Shown: in pieces, positions 58,980-64,000 of the stretch | Position numbering within the stretch: the stretch's first letter is position 1 | Layout: the number at the start of each line of letters is the position of its first letter | DNA from: Nitrososphaerota archaeon | Lineage (GTDB): Archaea; Thermoproteota; Nitrososphaeria_A; Caldarchaeales; Caldarchaeaceae | Direction: 5' to 3' | Length of the DNA: 64,000 bases | NCBI GenBank assembly: GCA_041641305.1 | Contig: JBEPYN010000002.1 | Coordinates: 512,001-576,000, forward strand | Notes under the pieces: generated by a model | The model's input: the letters and a program-made list of their open reading frames with translations, nothing else | Told to the model about the DNA's origin: nothing | The model's database searches: none | Translations under genes and position numbers: made by a program

Positions 58980-60049
58980 GCTCTACCTGCTATGAAATCT
59001 TCGACCATTTGCCGGGCTACATCATCAGGGTATTGTCTCGGAGGCGACTTCATGAAATAGGCCGAGGGCCCCTCGAGTACTCCGCCTGTACCCCGGTCCT
59101 TCGCGATCTTGATGCATCTGATCGCGTCTATGACGACGCCCGCCGAGTTGGGGCTGTCCCATACCTCGAGCTTGACCTCTATGTTCAGAGGCGCGTTTCC
59201 GAAAGCAGACCCTTCCAGCCGAATGTAGGCCCATTTGCGGTCCTCAAGCCACGGAACATAGTCGCTGGGGCCGATGTGTATGTTTTCGGCCGATATCTCA
59301 TAGGGTATGAGGGATGTGACGGCCTGTGTTTTCGAGATTTTCTTCGACTGCAGTCTCTCCCGCTCCAGCATGTTGAGGAAATCTGTGTTTCCTCCGAAGT
59401 TTAGCTGATAGCTTCTCTCTATTTTTACGCCTCTGTCGACGAATAGTTTAGTCAAGACCCTGTGCAGAATCGTGGCGCCTACCTGCGACTTGACGTCGTC
59501 GCCTATTATTGGTATGTTGTGTTTGGCGAAGATTTCCTGCCATCGTTTCTCTCTCGCGATGAAGACCGGGATACCGTTGACGAACCCTGTCCCAGCCATC
59601 AGCGCCTGCTCAACATACCACTTGGTCGCCGACTCGCTGCCGACGGGGAGAAAATTGACCACGACATCTGCCCCCGTGCTCTTAAGGACATCTGCGACAT
59701 CTACGGTGGGCGAATCATCTTTGACGACCACGTCTTTGAGGTATTTGCCGATGCTGTCATGCGTCATCCCTCTCATAACCTCGACCCCGAGATGCGGGAC
59801 CTCGGCTAACTTGAGGGTGCAGTTGGGCTTCTGGAAAATGGCTTTGGAGAGGTCCAGCCCAACCTTGTTTCTGTCGATGTCAAAAGCCGCGACAAACTCG
59901 ATGTCGCCTACATGGTATCCGCCAAGCCTCGGATGCATGAGGCCCGGGATGAAGACATCGTCGTCCACGTCCTTGTAAAAGTATACGCCTTGCACGAGGG
60001 CTGAGGCACAGTTTCCGACACCTATTATGGCTGTCTTTATCTTGGGCAT
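58976..60049 (-). CDS. ino1: Myo-inositol-1-phosphate synthase
   Basis: [35 protein letters not shown] and WDSPNSAG motifs. Confidence 0.96.
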   Translation of the reverse strand: MPKIKTAIIGVGNCASALVQGVYFYKDVDDDVFIPGLMHPRLGGYHVGDIEFVAAFDIDRNKVGLDLSKAIFQKPNCTLKLAEVPHLGVEVMRGMTHDSIGKYLKDVVVKDDSPTVDVADVLKSTGADVVVNFLPVGSESATKWYVEQALMAGTGFVNGIPVFIAREKRWQEIFAKHNIPIIGDDVKSQVGATILHRVLTKLFVDRGVKIERSYQLNFGGNTDFLNMLERERLQSKKISKTQAVTSLIPYEISAENIHIGPSDYVPWLEDRKWAYIRLEGSAFGNAPLNIEVKLEVWDSPNSAGVVIDAIRCIKIAKDRGTGGVLEGPSAYFMKSPPRQYPDDVARQMVEDFIAGRA

Positions 60050-60097
60050 GGGTGTGGTGGGTTTCGGGCCGCTAAATACTTTACCCCCATAAAATAG

Positions 60098-60421
60098 TCA
60101 GCCCAGCCTCGAAACCAGCCCCTCTAAAAACATCTTAGCTTTTTTCAGGGTCTCCCTCCCTTTTGGGGTAAGGGTGTAGTATCTGCGGGCAGGGCCTCTG
60201 CTGCCCCTCGACTCTTCGGCGACCTGAATTAAGCCCGCTCTCTCTAGTCTGTAAAGAACGACGTATGAGGTTACTTCACCGGGTTTGAATCCGAATTCTT
60301 TCTCGATCAGCGCACGGATCTCGTAGCCGTAGAGCGGTCTTTTGCTGAGCAGGGTTAGGATGTAGAGCCACAGGTTTTCATGCGTAAGCTTCCTCACAAG
60401 CCTCTCGTAGGCCATCGTCAT
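60098..60421 (-). CDS. PadR-family transcriptional regulator
   Basis: PLYGYEI, Y.VL.RLE..GLI and RRYY.LT..G motifs. Confidence 0.92.
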   Translation of the reverse strand: MTMAYERLVRKLTHENLWLYILTLLSKRPLYGYEIRALIEKEFGFKPGEVTSYVVLYRLERAGLIQVAEESRGSRGPARRYYTLTPKGRETLKKAKMFLEGLVSRLG

Positions 60422-60491
60422 TTCACGGGGATGCGTGGATTAAAGGCTTGGCTGAGGATAGGTTGATATGCAGCGGCTACGGTGCGGGACC

Positions 60492-60641
60492 ATGGTTAAG
60501 ACGCTTGCGGTGAAGAAGAGGTTGGCTAAGGAGATGCGCCGCGCATGGTCAACGCCCGCGTGGGTTGTCGCCAAAACACGTCGAAGAGTCCGCGCCTCCA
60601 ACAGGAGAAGAAGCTGGCGCCGCTCGAAAATAAAGCCCTGA
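60492..60641 (+). CDS. rpl39e: 50S ribosomal protein L39e (absent from the ORF track)
   Basis: MVKTLAVKKRLAKEMRRAWSTPAWVVAKTRRRVRASNRRRSWRRSKIKP. Confidence 0.92.
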   Translation: MVKTLAVKKRLAKEMRRAWSTPAWVVAKTRRRVRASNRRRSWRRSKIKP

Positions 60642-62615
60642 TCACTCTCCCCTAAACTCTGGCTTCCTCTTAGCGAAGAACGCCGATATCCCCTCCATAA
60701 AGTCCTTGGTGAATATCAGGTCTGCGAAAAGAATCCTTTCCATCGCCAGTCCTTTGCTCAGGGGAGCTTCACGGGTCATGTATATGAGTTGTTTGACGGC
60801 TCTCACAGCAAGCGGGGGCTGTGCGGCCAGCTTCTCCGCGAGAATCTGAACCTCTTCCTCGAGCTTTTCAGGCTTCACCACCCTGTTCACCAACCCAATC
60901 CTGTATGCTTCTTCCGCTGATATTCGGTTTCCGAACAACATTAGCTCCATGGCCTTGGCTACACCCACCAGCCTCGGAAGCCGCTGTGTCCCGCCCGCGC
61001 CTGGTATAAGCCCGAGGTTGATCTCTGGCTGGCCAAACTCGGACCTGTCAGTCGCTATCCGGATGTCGCATCCTTGGATAAGCTCGCATCCTCCGCCAAG
61101 GGCGTAGCCGTCGATGACCGCTATCACGGGCTTCGGCATCGACTCAATAATATTCATCACCTCCTGGAAAGCTCGTAGAAATTTTTCCGCATCCTGCTTC
61201 GTCTTTATCTCGGTGAAGGCTGTTACGTCGGCGCCGGCTGAGAAGGCTCTTTCACCAGCTCCTCTCAAAACGACCACACGTGTCTCGCTGTCGCTCCAAG
61301 CCTTCAGCAAAGCATCAGTCAACTCCTCAATCATCTTCGGAGTAATTGTGTTGAGGCGATGAGGCCTGTTAAGGATGATTTTTGTCACAGGCGGCTTTCT
61401 TTCAACAATTATCTCCTCGTAGCCTTTCTCGGCGGCTGTGTAGGTGTGAAACCCGGCCCCGGTCTTGACGCCGAGTTTGCCTTGGTTAACAAGCTCCATG
61501 ATCAGTGGGTCGGGCTTGTAAAAGTCGCCGTATCGTTCAGCCGCCTTGGATAAAGCTGCTGCAACTTTGTCGAGGCCCAGCTCGTCGGCGTATTGGAAAA
61601 CGCCCTTGGGCCAGCCGAGGCCCAGCTTCACGCCTGTTTCAACATCCTCAAGAGAGGCGACACCGTTGCGGACAATCCAAGCCGCCGAGTTTATCGCAGG
61701 AGCTATCAGCTCCACCAAGTCAACTTTTTCACCAGCCTCCCGAGGAATGCTCGGCCTCTCATACACACCTCCCCGATACTCGTAAAAGCCTTTACCACTC
61801 TTCAGCCCAAAGCTCCCCCTCTCATAGAGATGCTGAAACTGGGAGCATACCCGAGGTGTGTTCGGGTCTCTCTCCTTGATGGATTTGCTCGCCAGGACGA
61901 TGACGTCTATGCCCGTGTAGTCGGCGAGCTCAAACGCGCCCATGGGGAGGCCGAGGCGGTAACGTAGAGCCGAGTCGATTTCGGTGACGGTATAAACACC
62001 GTCTTCGACGAGCTCGCAGGCGTGGTTGAGAAGAGGCATCAATATACGGTTGACGATGAAGCCCGGCACATCCTTCCTACATATGACAACTGTTTTCCCC
62101 ATCTTTTTACCAATCTCAACAGCTTTTTCCAAAGTCTCTTGAGATGTTTTTTCACCTGCTATGACTTCGAGGAGGGGCATGAGTGGGGGCGGGTTGAAGA
62201 AATGCATGCCCACGACTTTCTCGGGCCTGTTTGTGGCTGAGGCTATCTCAGTTATGGGGAGAGTGCTCGTGTTTGTTGCGAGAATTGCGTGTTGGGGAGC
62301 TTTTTGGCTCAGGACTTGAAAGATGTTCTTCTTTATCTTGATGTCTTCTGGAGCAGCTTCGATAACTAGGTCCGCGTCAACAACCGCTTCAGCCAGATTG
62401 GTCGATGTTTTTATTCTCGCAATCGCCGCGTCAGAGGCCTCCTTCGTAATCCTTTTCTTCTCTACAAACTTCTCCAAGCTCCACCTTATCTTCTCCAGTC
62501 CTTTCGCCAAAAACTCCTCCGCAACATCCACCATCACAACATCAAATCCAGCTAAAGCAGCCACCTCGGCGATACCGTGACCCATAACACCCGCTCCAAC
62601 AACAACTACCTTCAA
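60642..62615 (-). CDS. 3-hydroxyacyl-CoA dehydrogenase / enoyl-CoA hydratase fusion (archaeal domain order)
   Basis: GAGVMG, TNTS, HFFNP and PGFIVNR, then crotonase motifs FSAGAD, GGGCE and PGAGGTQRL. Confidence 0.95.
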   Translation of the reverse strand: MKVVVVGAGVMGHGIAEVAALAGFDVVMVDVAEEFLAKGLEKIRWSLEKFVEKKRITKEASDAAIARIKTSTNLAEAVVDADLVIEAAPEDIKIKKNIFQVLSQKAPQHAILATNTSTLPITEIASATNRPEKVVGMHFFNPPPLMPLLEVIAGEKTSQETLEKAVEIGKKMGKTVVICRKDVPGFIVNRILMPLLNHACELVEDGVYTVTEIDSALRYRLGLPMGAFELADYTGIDVIVLASKSIKERDPNTPRVCSQFQHLYERGSFGLKSGKGFYEYRGGVYERPSIPREAGEKVDLVELIAPAINSAAWIVRNGVASLEDVETGVKLGLGWPKGVFQYADELGLDKVAAALSKAAERYGDFYKPDPLIMELVNQGKLGVKTGAGFHTYTAAEKGYEEIIVERKPPVTKIILNRPHRLNTITPKMIEELTDALLKAWSDSETRVVVLRGAGERAFSAGADVTAFTEIKTKQDAEKFLRAFQEVMNIIESMPKPVIAVIDGYALGGGCELIQGCDIRIATDRSEFGQPEINLGLIPGAGGTQRLPRLVGVAKAMELMLFGNRISAEEAYRIGLVNRVVKPEKLEEEVQILAEKLAAQPPLAVRAVKQLIYMTREAPLSKGLAMERILFADLIFTKDFMEGISAFFAKRKPEFRGE

Positions 62616-62655
62616 ACTATGTCGAGGTAAACATGTGACCTGAGATATTTAATCT

Positions 62656-63885
62656 CTATTGGACGCGGAAAGTCTTCAAAGCCTGCAGCAAGGCGTCTCT
62701 TAAGACTTCCAGCTCCTCCTCTGTGTTGTAGATGTAGAAGCTTGCGCGTGTTGTTGCCGGTATTCCGAGGATTGTGTGGATTGGCATGGCGCAGTGGTGT
62801 CCAGCCCTTACGCAGATACCGTGTTTGTCGAGGTATGTCGCGAGGTCGTGTGGATGAATGTCTGCGAGTGTGAAGGAGACGAGTCCGCATCTGTGCCGCG
62901 GGTTTTCCGGGCCATAGACCTTCGCATACCTTATCTCGGACAATATTTCCAAAGCTTTTGCGGTCAACCTGTGTTCATGCTCCTGCACATTCTCCATACC
63001 AATCCTCTTCAGGTAATCAATCGCTGCGCCAAGCCCTACCGCGCCCGCTATGTTCGGTGTGCCTGCCTCAAACTTCCATGGGACATCATTCCACAGGCTG
63101 TGGTCGAGGTGGACCTCCCTTATCATCTCGCCTCCTCCTTGGAAAGGCTCCATCTCCTCGAGCAGCTCACGTCGTCCATACAGAACGCCGATGCCCGTGG
63201 GCCCAAGCATCTTATGGCCGCTGAAAGCAAGCAAGTCGCATTCCATGTCCGTCACGTTGACCGGCATGTGGGGAACTGACTGAGCCGCATCAACTACGGC
63301 CAAGGCACCATGCTCATGCGCCATTCGGCAGAGCGTTTTAGCATCGTTTATAGTTCCCAGAACGTTTGAGGCTTGCGTGAAGCTGAAAATGTCGGCGCCT
63401 CTCAGCTTCTTATCAGCTTCGGATAGGTCGAGATAGCCTTGGTCGTCGAAGGGGATGTAATCTATTTTGAGACGGTTGATTTTTGCGACCAGCTGCCAAG
63501 GCACGATGTTGCTGTGATGCTCCATCGTGGTCAGGACAATTTTTCCACCCGGCTTAACCCTGTTCAACCCGAGGCTGTAGGCCGCGAGGTTTAGAGCCTC
63601 GGTCGTGTTCCGGACGAAAACAATCTCTCTGCTACTGCGTGCACCGATAAATTCTGCAACCTTTTTCCTCGCGTTTTCATACGCCTCCGTGGCCTCGACG
63701 CTTATCCCATAAACGCCCCGGTGCACGTTGGCGTTCATCTTCCTGTAAAACTCGGCCACCGCCTCTATTACTTGGACAGGTTTTTGGCTTGTCGCGGTGC
63801 TGTCGAGATAGATGAGGTTCTTGTTTGTTTGGAAGATGGGGAAATCTTTTCTGATGCTGTAGGGGTCGAGACCCGTCGAGGCCAT
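62656..63885 (-). CDS. sufS: Cysteine desulfurase (SufS type)
   Basis: YLDSTATSQKP, SGHKM and RAGHHCA motifs. Confidence 0.95.
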   Translation of the reverse strand: MASTGLDPYSIRKDFPIFQTNKNLIYLDSTATSQKPVQVIEAVAEFYRKMNANVHRGVYGISVEATEAYENARKKVAEFIGARSSREIVFVRNTTEALNLAAYSLGLNRVKPGGKIVLTTMEHHSNIVPWQLVAKINRLKIDYIPFDDQGYLDLSEADKKLRGADIFSFTQASNVLGTINDAKTLCRMAHEHGALAVVDAAQSVPHMPVNVTDMECDLLAFSGHKMLGPTGIGVLYGRRELLEEMEPFQGGGEMIREVHLDHSLWNDVPWKFEAGTPNIAGAVGLGAAIDYLKRIGMENVQEHEHRLTAKALEILSEIRYAKVYGPENPRHRCGLVSFTLADIHPHDLATYLDKHGICVRAGHHCAMPIHTILGIPATTRASFYIYNTEEELEVLRDALLQALKTFRVQ

Positions 63886-64000
63886 GCATTATCTATATCT
63901 TGGAGGGATTTAGCTTCTTGTTTACATCACGGACCATATTTGGGCCTCTTTGAAAGCTCTATCGGCAGTGTCAAAGGCCTGAAGGGGTAGTCTTTCGTCT

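Noticed and set aside
635-63990. Numerous antisense or alternate-frame ORFs in the track (e.g. 1142..1609, 11541..12095, 13689..14336, 37125..37616, 52228..52926)
   Set aside because: Shadow ORFs overlapping well-supported genes, with biased composition and no motifs.
63905-64000. 3' end of a minus-strand gene at the window edge
   Set aside because: Two frames are open and the fragment is too short to assign.

Overview
Archaeal chromosomal DNA from a thermophilic TACK-lineage organism. The evidence is archaeal-type ProRS, S26e, L39e, Rpo6, thermosome, DUF1512 and a tRNA with a BHB intron; an Aigarchaeota/Caldarchaeum-like assignment is inference. Most of the window is dense housekeeping and heterotrophic metabolism, with three tRNAs (Phe with a non-canonical intron, Gly, Met). 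Main highlight: a ~1.5 kb element (5824-7349) encoding a divergent IS110/TasR-like RuvC protein, followed by a ~160-nt stem-loop. The symmetric internal loop of that stem-loop holds two 9-nt segments that exactly match the left flank (same strand) and right flank (opposite strand) of the element. This makes it a candidate single-loop RNA-guided mobile or homing element aimed at a TATA box; a decayed second copy lies at ~2700-3020. Other highlights are an enamidase-centred cluster suggesting archaeal nicotinate/pyridine catabolism (24804-35912), an AT-rich islet between a tRNA-like relic and tRNA-Phe encoding a PUA-like/MCM-like AAA+ fusion (39030-40907), a methyltransferase-ATP-grasp fusion, and a frameshifted RelE toxin. 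All calls come from manual motif recognition; no searches or computations were run.
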